Of a DNA stretch of 64,000 nucleotides, positions 26,461 to 38,805 are shown in pieces; the stretch's first letter is position 1, and each line of letters starts with the position of its first letter. The DNA comes from Macrostomum lignano (taxonomy: Eukaryota): contig NIVC01002325.1 of NCBI GenBank assembly GCA_002269645.1, positions 119,587-183,586 of the forward strand. The letters are read 5' to 3'. The notes under the pieces are model-generated. The model made no database searches. It was given only the letters and a program-made list of their open reading frames with translations, and was not told the origin of the DNA. The position numbers and the translations under genes are program-made.

Positions 26461-26727
26461 AAAAGAATTGAGGATCTGTAAGTAGAGAATTGAGGATCTG
26501 TCAGTAAAGAACTGCGGATCTGTCAGTAAAGAATTGAGGATCTGTCAGTAGAGAATTGAGGATCTGTCAGTAAAGTATCGAGGATCTGTCAGTAGAGAAT
26601 TGAGGATCTGTCAGTAGAGAATTGAGGATCTGTCAGTAAAGTATCGAGGATCTGTCAGTAGAGAATTGAAGATCTGTCAGTAGAGAATTGAGGATCTGTC
26701 AGTAAAGAATTGAAGATCTGTCAGTAT
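26461..26727. repeat. 22-bp tandem repeat at the outer end of the right arm
   Basis: (CTGTCAGTAGAGAATTGAGGAT)n, about 12 units. Confidence 0.95.
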
Positions 26728-26892
26728 AAAGTACAGGAAAATTGCAAACAGTTTGAAGAAGGCAGTTGCCGCAGGTTTGTAGGGCCGACAATTTATTGCT
26801 ACAAGGCGAGTTGTAAAAATACTCAGCAGCTTATTAATTTTATTATTCGTGATAAAACAGTTTTAAAACAGCATGAAACTAATTTCAGTGCA

Positions 26893-27323
26893 TCAGAGCA
26901 GCAGGGACAACATCAGCGGATTCGCCACTACAGCGCAGGCCACAATGGTGAGCAGCCGGGCGTTCTGGGAGACCGCCGAGCACTCGCTTACTTCGGCTGC
27001 ACCAGGCAGCAGGCCGCAGACGTCAGAGGCCCGGCTGGTGAAGATGGCGTCAGACTTGGCGCGGGGGCCCGCTTTGAGATGGCACCGGCCGTAACGCTTG
27101 CCGTACTCTGTGTTCCTGATCTTGAAGGTGTAGTGGGTGCAGCCGCTCTTCTGGGCGCAGTACCGAGGACAATTTATCAGCAACACATCAAGGACTTCGA
27201 TGTCCCAGTGCTGAAGTCGCAGCGCCGGGCCCAGCCCTCGGGATTCCACTCGATGCCGGCGGCCGCCGCTCGGCCCGCGAGGCAGAGAAGGGCGATGGCG
27301 GCAGCGACGAGGGCTTGCAGCAT
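26893..27323 (-). CDS. Secreted/GPI-anchored PAN/apple-like (PAN_4-type) small protein, ~143 aa; one frameshift at ~27213
   Basis: Signal peptide MLQALVAAAIALLCLAGRAAAA; W-N-x-x-x-W-A-x-x-CDF..C..C...CTHY...C.LK pattern; hydrophobic C-terminal tail. ORFs 27177..27488 and 26893..27249 join if one C is restored (TTC CAG). Confidence 0.65.
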
Positions 27324-27900
27324 TTCAGTGCTTTCTGGCGGCTCGTGGGCTGTTGGCGCCACTTGTTTTATTGCACCAGAGGTCTGCGCTGATTGGCTGG
27401 CTGAGCACAGGGGCGATAATTGTTGCTGACAATTCCTGCACGCTGGCGACTGAAAACCAGCAGACTTGCGTCTAGCATTGAGAGGCACGTTGGAATCGAA
27501 CTGCTAGGTCAAATTAAATTAGTTGACTTTAATTGAGTGAGTGCACGTAGTGGGGTGAAGACAGGAGTAAACAGGGTGTGGGGGCCTCACATCTATAAGC
27601 TACACCCAACTGCACTGCTGGGGTGCAGCTGGGGCTGTGTAGTCATGCAGGTAGATGTGAGCTTTTATTGTTAAGTTGTGCCGCAGCAACCCAATGTACT
27701 CTGGCCTCTAGCTTTGTCCCACACGCCCGTACACTCACGGCCAGCCAATCAGAGAAGGGGAGACACCAAACTCCCCGCTCACTCTGCGAGGCGAATAAAA
27801 ATAGAATTGGAATTGATGGCACACGTCACTGCTGCCCACCTGGCCGTCCTGCCCCAACATCCCAGCAACGATAACTCTGACCGCCAAGCTGGAGAAGCCC

Positions 27901-28665
27901 GCAACCTACGCCAGCCGGGTGCCCGCCAGGGTGCTCCGCGCCCACGTGGTCCTCGGCGCCCTGCAGCTCAGCGTCGGGTTGCTCGCCATCGTTTTCAGCA
28001 TCGCGGGCGCCGTCTCGGGAGTTGGCGCCGCAGTGCAAGTCACCGCCAACGGCGTCTGGTCAGCGCCGTTTTTCATCGCGGCGGGCATCTCCGGCCTGGT
28101 GGCTGGCAAGAGCAAGCGGCGCTGCACCATGGGCTGCGTGGTCACCTGCCTGGTGTTCAGCATCCTGGCCTCCGTGTTCAGCGCCTCGGCCCTCATTCAG
28201 GAGGCCGTCGTTACGTCAGCCAACAGGGAGATTTTCCAGGCCAGGCCGAACCGCTGCCGCTACGAGCGCGACTTCAAGGTGTCGCACGCCATGGGCATCC
28301 TCTGCTGCCTGCTGTTCGCCGCGGAGTTCCTCCTGGCCATCGTGCACAGCGCCTTCGCCTGCCGCGCCTCCTGCTGCTGCGTGCCATCCGCCGCAGCCGC
28401 CAGCAGAAGCGAGCAGCAGCCGCAGGGCCCTCAGATCGTCACCATCGTGTCCCCAGACGGGCAGCAGCAGCAGCACGAAATCGTGTTCCTGCAGACCGCC
28501 TCCGACTTCGAGCCTCAGCCGGCCTTCAACCCGAGCTTCCAGCAGCAGCTGCCGAGCTTCCAGCAGGTGCTGCCGCATTCTTATGCGCAGCAGCCGCCGG
28601 GCTACGAAGAGCCGGATGCGGCGGCCGTCTCCGGAGCCCCCCAGGTGAAACAGGCTCTGCCGTGA
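27901..28665 (+). CDS. CD20/MS4A-like four-TM protein, copy A (5' end unresolved; PPGY motif in tail)
   Basis: LGALQLSVG / GVWSAPFFIAAG / CLVFSILAS / [20 protein letters not shown] match the four-TM pattern of CD20/MS4A. No in-frame ATG; an ATG at 27816 is in another frame. Confidence 0.85.
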   Translation, partial: ATYASRVPARVLRAHVVLGALQLSVGLLAIVFSIAGAVSGVGAAVQVTANGVWSAPFFIAAGISGLVAGKSKRRCTMGCVVTCLVFSILASVFSASALIQEAVVTSANREIFQARPNRCRYERDFKVSHAMGILCCLLFAAEFLLAIVHSAFACRASCCCVPSAAAASRSEQQPQGPQIVTIVSPDGQQQQHEIVFLQTASDFEPQPAFNPSFQQQLPSFQQVLPHSYAQQPPGYEEPDAAAVSGAPQVKQALP

Positions 28666-29344
28666 CGCGGACCATCTGCCATTCTGACAGCAAATTTTTT
28701 ATTTTTAAAGAGACTTATTTAGCCGTGACGCACTTGCTGCCAGTCCCCCCTGGGAGCCACAGCCAGTTTGTGTTTTAATTTGGTTTTTAGTTTTAATCAG
28801 TGGCACGGAAATACAATAGCGGGCTTTCGGCCCCGCGTGTCGAGTGTTCGACCTCGTTTTAATTGCAAGCTGACTCGATCGATGCTGCAATAATATTTCG
28901 CTAAAACTGCTGTTTGATTCGTTATTTTCTGTAAATGCGCAACTCCGAGCAGAAACAGCGAATGGCTTCACTCTTATTGCCACCAACACCTTCGACTCTC
29001 GCAATCGCGCTGAGATCACAAAATGAAGAACTTTTACGAGAAACTTCAACAGCAGGTCACTCTAGTGTAGTTGCACCTGCTCGCTTAGCGATCGCTGCTC
29101 TGCATTCTGTAAGTCTATTTATTGTTAGTCTCTATCATTTGACGGGTCTACGCTTAGCAACAGTCACAATTGCCACCCGCGCATATCGTGCGATAAGTTA
29201 AGAGACCACTTCTCACTCCCAACTCAACCCACTGGTTGCGCAACCACTTCGGTGTGCCGTAAATTGTGCGTCACTCGCAGTAAGAAGTGCGAAAAACCGT
29301 CGGCTTGTGCGTGCAGGGTGGCAGTTGTGAGCCACAATCAATTT

Positions 29345-32300
29345 TTTGTGAATTATTCCAAATTTGTGAATGATGCTCAATTTGTGAATGCTGCTCAATT
29401 TGTGAATGAAGCTCAGTTTGTGAATGATGCTCAATTTGTGAATGGTGCTCAATTTGTGAATGATTCTCAGTTTGTGAAAGATGCCCAGTTTGTGAATGAT
29501 GCTCAGTTTGTGAATGATGCTCAATTTGTGAATGGTGCTCAATTTGTGAATGATTCTCAGTTTGTGAAAGATGCTCAGTTTGTGAATGATGCTCAATTTG
29601 TGAATGGTGCTCAATTTGTGAATGGTGCTCAATTTGTGAATGAAGCTCAGTTTGTGAATGGTGCTCAATTTGTGAATGGTACTCAATTTGTGAATGATGC
29701 TCAGTTTGTGAATTATGCTCAGTTTGTGAATGATGCTAAATTTGTGAATGAAGCTCAGTTTGTGAATAGTGATCAATTTGTGAATGATTCCCAATTTGTG
29801 AATGATGCTCAATTAGTGAATGATACTCAATTTTTAAATGATACTCAATTTGTGAATGATACTCAATTTGTGAATGATGCTCAATTTGTGAATGAAGCTC
29901 AGCTTGTGAATGATGCTCAATTTGTGAATGAAGCTCAATTTGTGAATGGTGCTAAATTTGTGAATGGTGCTCAATTTGTGAATGAAGCTCAATTTGTGAA
30001 TGAAGCTCAATTTGTGAATGGTGCTAAATTTGTGAATGGTGCTCAATTTGTGAATGAAGCTCAGTTTGTGAATGGTGATCAATTTGTGAATGATTCCCAA
30101 TTTGTGAATGATGTTCAGTTTGTGAATGATGCTAAATTTGTGAATGAAGCTCAGTTTGTGAATGGTGATCAATTTGTGAATGATTCCCAATTTGTGAATG
30201 ATGTTCAGTTTGTGAATGATGCTCAATTAGTGAATGATACTCATTTTTGAATGATACTCAATTTGTGAATGATGCTCAATTTGTGAATGATACTCAATTT
30301 GTGAATGATTCCCAATTTGTGAATGATGTTCAGTTTGTGAATGATGCTAAATTAGTGAATGATACTCATTTTTGAATGATACTCAATTTGTGAATGATGC
30401 TCAATTTGTGAATGATACTCAATTTGTGAATGATGCTCAATTTGTGAATGATGCTCAGTTTGTGAATGATACTCAATTTGTGAATGATGCTCAATTTGTG
30501 AATGATACTCAATTTGTGAATGATACTCAATTTGTGAATGGTGCTCAGTTTGTGAACGATGCTCAATTAGTGAATGATACTCAATTTTTGAATGATACTC
30601 AATTTGTGAATGATGCTCAATTTGCGAATGATGCTCAATTTGTGAATGATACTCAATTTGTGAATGGTGTTCAGTTTGTGAATGATGCTCAATTTGTGAA
30701 TGATGCTCAATTTGTGAATGAAGCTCAGCTTGTGAATGATGCTCAATTTGTGAATGATACTCAATTTGTGAATGGCGCTCAATTTGTGAATGATGCTCAA
30801 TTTGTGAATGATGCTCAGTTTGTCAATGATACTCAATTTGTGAATGATACTCAATTTGTGAATGATGCTCAATTTGTGAATGATACTCAATTTGTGAATG
30901 ATACTCAATTTGTGAATGATACTCAATTTGTGAATGGTGCTCAATTTGTGAATGAAGCTCAGTTTGTGAATGGTGATCAATTTGTGAATGATTCCCAATT
31001 TGTGAATGATGCTCAGTTTGTGAATGATGCTCAATTAGTGAATGATACTCATTTTTGAATGATACTCAGTTTGTGAATGATGCTCAATTTGTGAATGATA
31101 CTCATTTTGTGAATGATGCTCAGTTTGTGAATTATGCTCAGTTTGTGAATGATGCTCAATTTGTGAATGAAGCTCAGTTTGTGAATGGTGATCAATTTGT
31201 GAATGATTCCCAATTTGTGAATGATGCTCAGTTTGTGAATGATGCTCAATTAGTGAATGATGCTCAATTTGTGAATGAAGCTCAATTTGTGAATGGTGCT
31301 CAATTTGTGAATGGTGCTCAATTTGTGAATGATGCTCAGTTTGTGAATGATACTCAATTTGTGAATGATGCTCAATTTGTGAATGATACTCAATTTGTGA
31401 ATGGTGCTCAGTTTGTGAACGATGCTCAATTAGTGAATGATACTCAATTTGTGAATGATACTCAATTTGTGAATGATACTCAATTTGTGAATGGTGCTCA
31501 ATTTGTGAATGAAGCTCAGTTTGTGAATGGTGATCAATTTGTGAATGATTCCCAATTTGAGAATGATGCTCAGTTTGTGAATGATGCTCAATTAGTGAAT
31601 GATACTCATTTTTGAATGATACTCAATTTGTGAATGATGCTCAATTTGTGAATGATACTCAATTTGTGAATGATGCTCAGTTTGTGAATTATGCTCAGTT
31701 TGTGAATGATGCTCAATTTGTGAATGAAGCTCAGTTTGTGAATGGTGATCAATTTGTGAATGATTCCCAATTTGTGAATGATGCTCAGTTTGTGAATGAT
31801 GCTCAATTAGTGAATGATACTCAATTTTTGTATGATACTCAATTTGTGAATGATGCTCAATTTGTGAATGATGCTCAATTTGTGAATGATACTCAATTTG
31901 TGAATGATTCCCAATTTGTGAATGATGTTCAGTTTGTGAATGATGCTAAATTAGTGAATGATACTCATTTTTGAATGATACTCAATTTGTGAATGATGCT
32001 CAATTTGTGAATGATACTCAATTTGTGAATGATGCTCAATTTGTGAATGATACTCAATTTGTGAATGGCGCTCAATTTGTGAATGATGCTCAATTTGTGA
32101 ATGATGCTCAGTTTGTGAATGATACTCAATTTGTGAATGATGCTCAATTTGTGAATGATACTTAATTTGTGAATGATACTCAATTTGTGAATGGTGCTCA
32201 GTTTGTGAACGATGCTCAATTAGTGAATGATACTCAATTTTTGAATGATACTCAATTTGTGAATGATGCTCAATTTGCGAATGATGCTCAATTTGTGAAT

Positions 32301-35300
32301 GATACTCAATTTGTGAATGGTGTTCAGTTTGTGAATGATGCTCAATTTGTGAATGCTGCTCAATTTGTGAATGAAGCTCAGCTTGTGAATGATGCTCAAT
32401 TTGTGAATGATACTCAATTTGTGAATGGCGCTCAATTTGTGAATGATGCTCAATTTGTGAATGATGCTCAGTTTGTCAATGATACTCAATTTGTGAATGA
32501 TACTCAATTTGTGAATGATGCTCAATTTGTGAATGATACTCAATTTGTGAATGATACTCAATTTGTGAATGATACTCAATTTGTGAATGGTGCTCAATTT
32601 GTGAATGAAGCTCAGTTTGTGAATGGTGATCAATTTGTGAATGATTCCCAATTTGTGAATGATGCTCAGTTTGTGAATGATGCTCAATTAGTGAATGATA
32701 CTCATTTTTGAATGATACTCAGTTTGTGAATGATGCTCAATTTGTGAATGATACTCAATTTGTGAATGATGCTCAGTTTTTGAATTATGCTCAGTTTGTG
32801 AATGATGCTCAATTTGTGAATGAAGCTCAGTTTGTGAATGGTGATCAATTTGTGAATGATTCCCAATTTGTGAATGATGCTCAGTTTGTGAATGATGCTC
32901 AATTAGTGAATGATGCTCAATTTGTGAATGAAGCTCAATTTGTGAATGGTGCTCAATTTGTGAATGGTGCTCAATTTGTGAATGATGCTCAGTTTGTGAA
33001 TGATACTCAATTTGTGAATGATGCTCAATTTGTGAATGATACTCAATTTGTGAATGATACTCAATTTGTGAATGATACTCAATTTGTGAATGGTGCTCAA
33101 TTTGTGAATGAAGCTCAGTTTGTGAATGGTGATCAATTTGTGAATGATTCCCAATTTGTGAATGATGCTCAGTTTGTGAATGATGCTCAATTAGTGAATG
33201 ATACTCATTTTTGAATGATACTCAATTTGTGAATGATGCTCAATTTGTGAATGATACTCAATTTGTGAATGATGCTCAGTTTGTGAATTATGCTCAGTTT
33301 GTGAATGATGCTCAATTTGTGAATGAAGCTCAGTTTGTGAATGGTGATCAATTTGTGAATGATTCCCAATTTGTGAATGATGCTCAGTTTGTGAATGATG
33401 CTCAATTAGTGAATGATACTCAATTTTTGTATGATACTCAATTTGTGAATGATGCTCAATTTGTGAATGATACTCAATTTGTGAATGGCGCTCAATTTGT
33501 GAATGATGCTCAATTTGTGAATGATGCTCAGTTTGTGAATGATACTCAATTTGTGAATGATACTCAATTTGTGAATGATGCTCAATTTGTGAATGATACT
33601 CAATTTGTGAATGATACTCAATTTGTGAATGGTGCTCAGTTTGTGAACGATGCTCAATTAGTGAATGATACTCAATTTTTGAATGATACTCAATTTGTGA
33701 ATGATGCTCAATTTGTGAATGATGCTCAATTAGTGAATGATACTCAATTTTTGTATGATACTCAATTTGTGAATGATGCTCAATTTGTGAATGATACTCA
33801 ATTTGTGAATGATGCTCAATTTGTGAATGATACTCAATTTGTGAATGGCGCTCAATTTGTGAATGATGCTCAATTTGTGAATGATGCTCAGTTTGTGAAT
33901 GATACTCAATTTGTGAATGATACTCAATTTGTGAATGATGCTCAATTTGTGAATGATACTCAATTTGTGAATGATACTCAATTTGTGAATGGTGCTCAGT
34001 TTGTGAACGATGCTTAATTAGTGAATGATACTCAATTTTTGAATGATACTCAATTTGTGAATGATGCTCAATTTGTGAATGATGCTCAATTTGTGAATGA
34101 TACTCAATTTGTGAATGGTGCTCAGTTTGTGAACGATGCTCAATTAGTGAATGATACTCAATTTGTGAATGATGCTCAATTTGTGAATGATGCTCAATTT
34201 GTGAATGATACTCAATTTGTGAATGGTGCTCAGTTTGTGAATGATGCTCAATTTGTGAATGATGCTAAATTTGTGAATGAAGCTCAGCTTGTGAATGATG
34301 CTCAATTTGTGAATGAAGCTCAATTTGTGAATGGTGCTAAATTTGTGAATGGTGCTCAATTTGTGAATGATGCTCAGTTTGTGAATGATACTCAATTTGT
34401 GAATGATACTCAATTTGTGAATGATGCTCAATTTGTGAATGATACTCAATTTGTGAATGATACTCAATTTGTGAATGGTGCTCAGTTTGTGAACGATGCT
34501 CAATTAGTGAATGATACTCAATTTTTGAATGATACTCAATTTGTGAATGATGCTCAATTTGTGAATGATGCTCAATTTGTGAATGATACTCAATTTGTGA
34601 ATGAAGCTCAGCTTGTGATAATGCTCAATTTGTGAATGAAGCTCAATTTGTGAATGGTGCTAAATTTGTGAATGGTGCTCAATTTGTGAATGAAGCTCAA
34701 TTTGTGAATGGTGCTCAATTTGTGAATGAAGCTCAGTTTGTGAATGGTGATCAATTTGTGAATGATTCCCAATTTGTGAATGATGCTCAGTTTGTGAATG
34801 ATGCTCAATTAGTGAATGATACTCATTTTTGAATGATACTCAATTTGTGAATGATGCTCAATTTGTGAATGATACTCAATTTGTGAATGATGCTCAGTTT
34901 GTGAATTATGCTCAATTTGTGAATGATGCTCAATTTGTGAATGAAGCTCAGTTTGTGAATGGTGATCAATTTGTGAATGATTCCCAATTTGTGAATGATG
35001 CTCAGTTTGTGAATGATGCTCAATTAGTGAATGATACTCAATTTTTGTATGATACTCAATTTGTGAATGATGCCCAATTTGTGAATGATACTCAATTTGT
35101 GAATGATGCTCAATTTGTGAATGATACTCAATTTGTGAATGATACTCAATTTGTGAATGGTGCTCAGTTTGTGAACGATGCTCAATTAGTGAATGATACT
35201 CAATTTTTGAATGATACTCAATTTGTGAATGATGCTCAATTTGCGAATGATGCTCAATTTGTGAATGATACTCAATTTGTGAATGGTGTTCAGTTTGTGA

Positions 35301-35634
35301 ATGATGCTCAATTTGTGAATGATGCTCAATTTGTGAATGAAGCTCAGCTTGTGAATGATGCTCAATTTGTGAATGATACTCAATTTGTGAATGGCGCTCA
35401 ATTTGTGAATGATGCTCAATTTGTGAATGATGCTCAGTTTGTCAATGATACTCAATTTGTGAATGATACTCAATTTGTGAATGGTGTTCAGTTTGTGAAT
35501 GATGCTCAATTTGTGAATGATGCTCAATTTGTGAATGAAGCTCAGCTTGTGAACGATGCTCAATTAGTGAATGATACTCAATTTTTGAATGAAGCTCAAT
35601 TTGTGAATGATGCTCAATTTGTGAATGATGCTTA
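29345..35634. repeat. 6.3-kb 18-bp satellite (TTTGTGAATGATGCTCAA)n with higher-order structure; one + frame reads (FVNDAQ)n
   Basis: About 350 units; diagnostic variants recur with ~1.65-kb spacing (TTTGCGAAT at ~30622 and ~32276). Confidence 0.97.
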
Positions 35635-35906
35635 ATTCAAGAGTCGTTTGCTCATTTCCCCCAGCAGTGACCATCACCATTGAGCAGCAGCATCTTTGTG
35701 GCCCAGGCAGTTCTGTGAGCCCGGCTGACGTGTAGAATCACCACCTAAAGCCAAATTAACAAAGACCCGTAAATGCAGCGGCAAACTTCAATAGAAATTC
35801 TCCAATCAGTTGAAAAATGCTGGGCGCCAGTCCAGAGGCGGTCAAGTGTATTCACAGCTTACTCCAGGTGGACATGGCACTGATAAGAACACCCCACTAA
35901 GGCCAG

Positions 35907-37660
35907 TTAAATGCTGATGGTCTTGAAGATGTTGAGGCCGTCCAGCGCGGTGCTGAGCACCAAGCCGGGAAGCTGCGGGTGCCAGTGTCCCTCCTTCATC
36001 TCCTGCTGGCCCATATGGATGAACAGCAGCTGCGGCGGCAGACCGGCTGTCGAGACGCCTTCGCAGGCGAGGTCCCACAGCGTCAGCTGGTTGTCCTCGG
36101 AGGTGGCCAGGAACACCGAGCTGTCCGTGGGGTGCCACTGCACCGAGGTGATCGGGCCCTTGTGGTAACTGCGGGTGGGGCGGTGTTGCGGTACATGTCG
36201 GTAGCCAGGGATAAGCAGCACTACCTGATATTGGGAAGGCACAACCCGATATTGGGGAGGCACTACCTGATGTTGGGGAGGCACAACCTGACATTGGGGA
36301 GGCACTACCTGATGTTGGGGAGGCACTACCTGATGTTGGGGAGGCACTACGAGCTACCTGATGTTGGGGAGGCACTACCTGATGTTGGGGAGGCACTACC
36401 TGATGTTGGGGAGGCACTACCTGATGTTGGGGAGGCACTACCTGATGTTGGGGAGGCACTACCTGATATTGGGGAGGCACTACCTGATGTTAGGGAGGCA
36501 CTGCCTGATTCGGGCACCCAGCAGCCAAGCTGCACCCACCTGAGTTCGCAGGCAGGCGGCGCCTCGCTGGCGAAGCGGCGCAGGTCCCAGACGCGCAGAG
36601 CGCAGTCGTCGCCGCCGCTGACGATGTACTGGGACTCCAGCCGGTTCCAGGCGATGACGTTCACGTCGCTGCCGTGGCAGTCCGGCCGGGTCAGCATGCA
36701 GGCCTTGTCGGGCTTGGCGCGCACGTCGAACACGCGGAGGCTGCGGTCGACGGAGCAGCCGGCCAGCACGCTGGCCTCGGTGGGCGACCACTGCAGGTCC
36801 TCCACCGAGCCGCTGTGGCCGGCCAGCGGCCGCGGGTCCACCCGCCAGCCGGCGCCGCCCTCGGCCGGCTGCCAGACGTGGATGGCGCCGGTGCAGTCGC
36901 CGCTGGCCAGGCGGCCGGGCACCAGGCGGCTCCAGTCCAGCCCGAAGCCCTCGGCCGAGTGGCCGCGGAAGGCGAACAGCGGCGCGGGCGACTCTGGCCG
37001 GCGGGTGAACTCGGTCAGCAGGTGGTGGTCGGCCACGGCGGTCAGGGCCTCGGTCAGGTCGAAGATGTACACAGCGCCCGCCTCAGACCAGGTGGCCGCC
37101 AGCGGCCGGCCCGTAACGTCCGAGGCTCGAATCCGGTTGACCGTCCGGTTGTGGCGGAGCTGCGCCACGGACACGTCGCCGCGTCGGTCCGCCCCCTCCT
37201 CGTCCGAGTCGTCTTCTGAGTCGGAGTCCTCGCCGTCCTCGCCGTCCTCGCCGTCCTCGCCGGCGCGCCGGCGCCGCATGGGGAACAGGCCGGCGGCGCG
37301 CATCACACAGACAGCGTTGCGGCCGGCCTCGGGGGCCTGCGTGCCGCACACCAGGAAGCAGCTCAGCGACCGCTCGGCGTCGTCAAAGTCGAAGGCGGCA
37401 CCACTGGCTGCGTTCTCCGGGTCGGGCAGCACATCGATGCTCAGGCAGGGCCACTCCACGCTCATCTGGTAGTACAGCTTGTAGGCCGTGCGGTCCATCA
37501 CCAGCTCCTCGTCCGGCCCGGGCTGCGGGTCGCCGCTGTTCGGCAGGTAGGGCCGCGCCGGCTCCTGCGGCTCCCCCTCTTCTGCCTCCTCGTCCAGCAT
37601 CTCCTCGTCATCACTGCCCTCTGCATCCTGCTGCTGCTCCGCGTCTCCTTCAGTTGTCAT
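35907..37660 (-). CDS. GRWD1: Glutamate-rich WD40 repeat protein 1 (Rrb1), two exons 37660..36540 and 36168..35907, 460 aa
   Basis: ELVMD..AY..Y....EWPCLSIDV, acidic loop, GHSAEGFGLDWS, GHSGSVEDLQWSP, HPTDSSVF..TSEDNQLTLWDL, LPPQLLFIHMGQ. GT..AG intron 36539..36169 restores the frame. Confidence 0.95.
36215..36510. repeat. 21-bp minisatellite inside the GRWD1 intron (GAGGCACTACCTGATGTTGGG)
   Basis: About 13 units within the 371-bp intron. Confidence 0.95.
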
Positions 37661-37689
37661 CTGGCAGCAATGTTCAGGAGGTAGATAAG

Positions 37690-38210
37690 TTGGTCAGGGG
37701 ATGGTTGAGTTGGTCAGGGGTAGGCTGAGTTTGTCAGAGGGTGGCTGAGTTTGTCAGGGGGTGGCTGAGTTGGGCAAGGGTAGCTGAGTTGGTCAGGGGT
37801 GGCTGAGTTTGTCAGGGGGGTAGGCTGAGTTGGTCAGGGGTAGGTTGAGTTTGTCAGGGGGTGGCTGAGTTGGTCAGGGGGTGGCTGAGTTGGTCAGGGG
37901 GTGGCTGAGTTGGCCAAGGGATGCCTTGAGTTTCTCAAGGAAGGGCTGAGTTTTTCAGGGGTTCGCTGAGTTGGTCAGGGGTTGGCTGAGTTTGTCAGGG
38001 GTGGCTGAGTTTGTCAGGGGGTGGCTGAGTTTTTCAGGGGTTCGCTGAGTTGGTCAGGGGTTGGCTGAGTTTTTCAGGGGGTGGCTGAGTTGGTCAGGGG
38101 TAGGCTGAGTTTGTCAGGGGGTGGCTTGAGTTTGTCAGGGGTAGGCTGAGCTTTTCAGGGGTTTGCTGAGTTGGTCAGGGGTTGGCTGAGTTGACTAGGG
38201 GATGGCTGAG
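37690..38210. repeat. 20-21-bp minisatellite upstream of GRWD1 (GTGGCTGAGTTTGTCAGGGG)
   Basis: Direct reading. Confidence 0.95.
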
Positions 38211-38805
38211 GCAATTACGCTATATCAGGTGCGAGTTTTGAAGCAAAGAGGCGGAGAAGGTAGTCATATTGGGCACAATGGCAACAGCCTGTAAATATAT
38301 ATATTTTTCAATTTACTGTCAGTTTCAAAATTTGTTATAACTGATTCGCTGAGCGCTGAGCAGACATCCGGTTAGCAACCAGTGAGGTCGTGGAAGACCA
38401 GGTTTAATTACAATGCCTACAGCAACAGTCATAATTAAAAAATCACAGCCAAAGTAGTGGTGTTCGCTCTTACCAGATAAAAAGCGGTTGGCATAGAAAA
38501 TCACAAACAACAAAGGTATTAAAATTGACGCGTGAAGCGAATGGTAAAAATGGAGTGAAGTTACAAAAAAGCGAGCAAGGCGATATTTGTACAGCTGGAC
38601 ACGAAATTATTAATTAAAGCTGGAATGCCATTGGAATCCGCGGACACACGCTCGCAACATTTTTGCACACACAAAGAAATTTGCTTCATATTCTTGACTT
38701 GCTACTCATAAGTAGGCGATATCTCATACAGTAGGCCTATCTTATATCACTGAGGCAGCCCGAATGGCAGCCCGAATGCACACAGCTCAGTTTGCTGACA
38801 GCTTC

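Larger units (their letters stand above)
16784..26651. repeat. Right arm of giant inverted duplication
   Basis: Reverse complement of the left arm with scattered SNPs (e.g. ATGGAT vs ATGCAT at 2645/24033) and VNTR copy-number differences. Confidence 0.97.

Noticed and set aside
1-26651. Maverick/Polinton or Foldback transposon as the explanation for the long inverted repeat
   Set aside because: No PolB, capsid or ATPase genes; the arms consist of host-like DNA and old LINE debris, and no defined terminus or TSD is visible. Not fully excludable because the left end is outside the window.
36347-36539. GSASPTS repeat tail on the GRWD1 ORF
   Set aside because: This is read-through into the minisatellite-containing intron; splicing restores the canonical last WD repeats.
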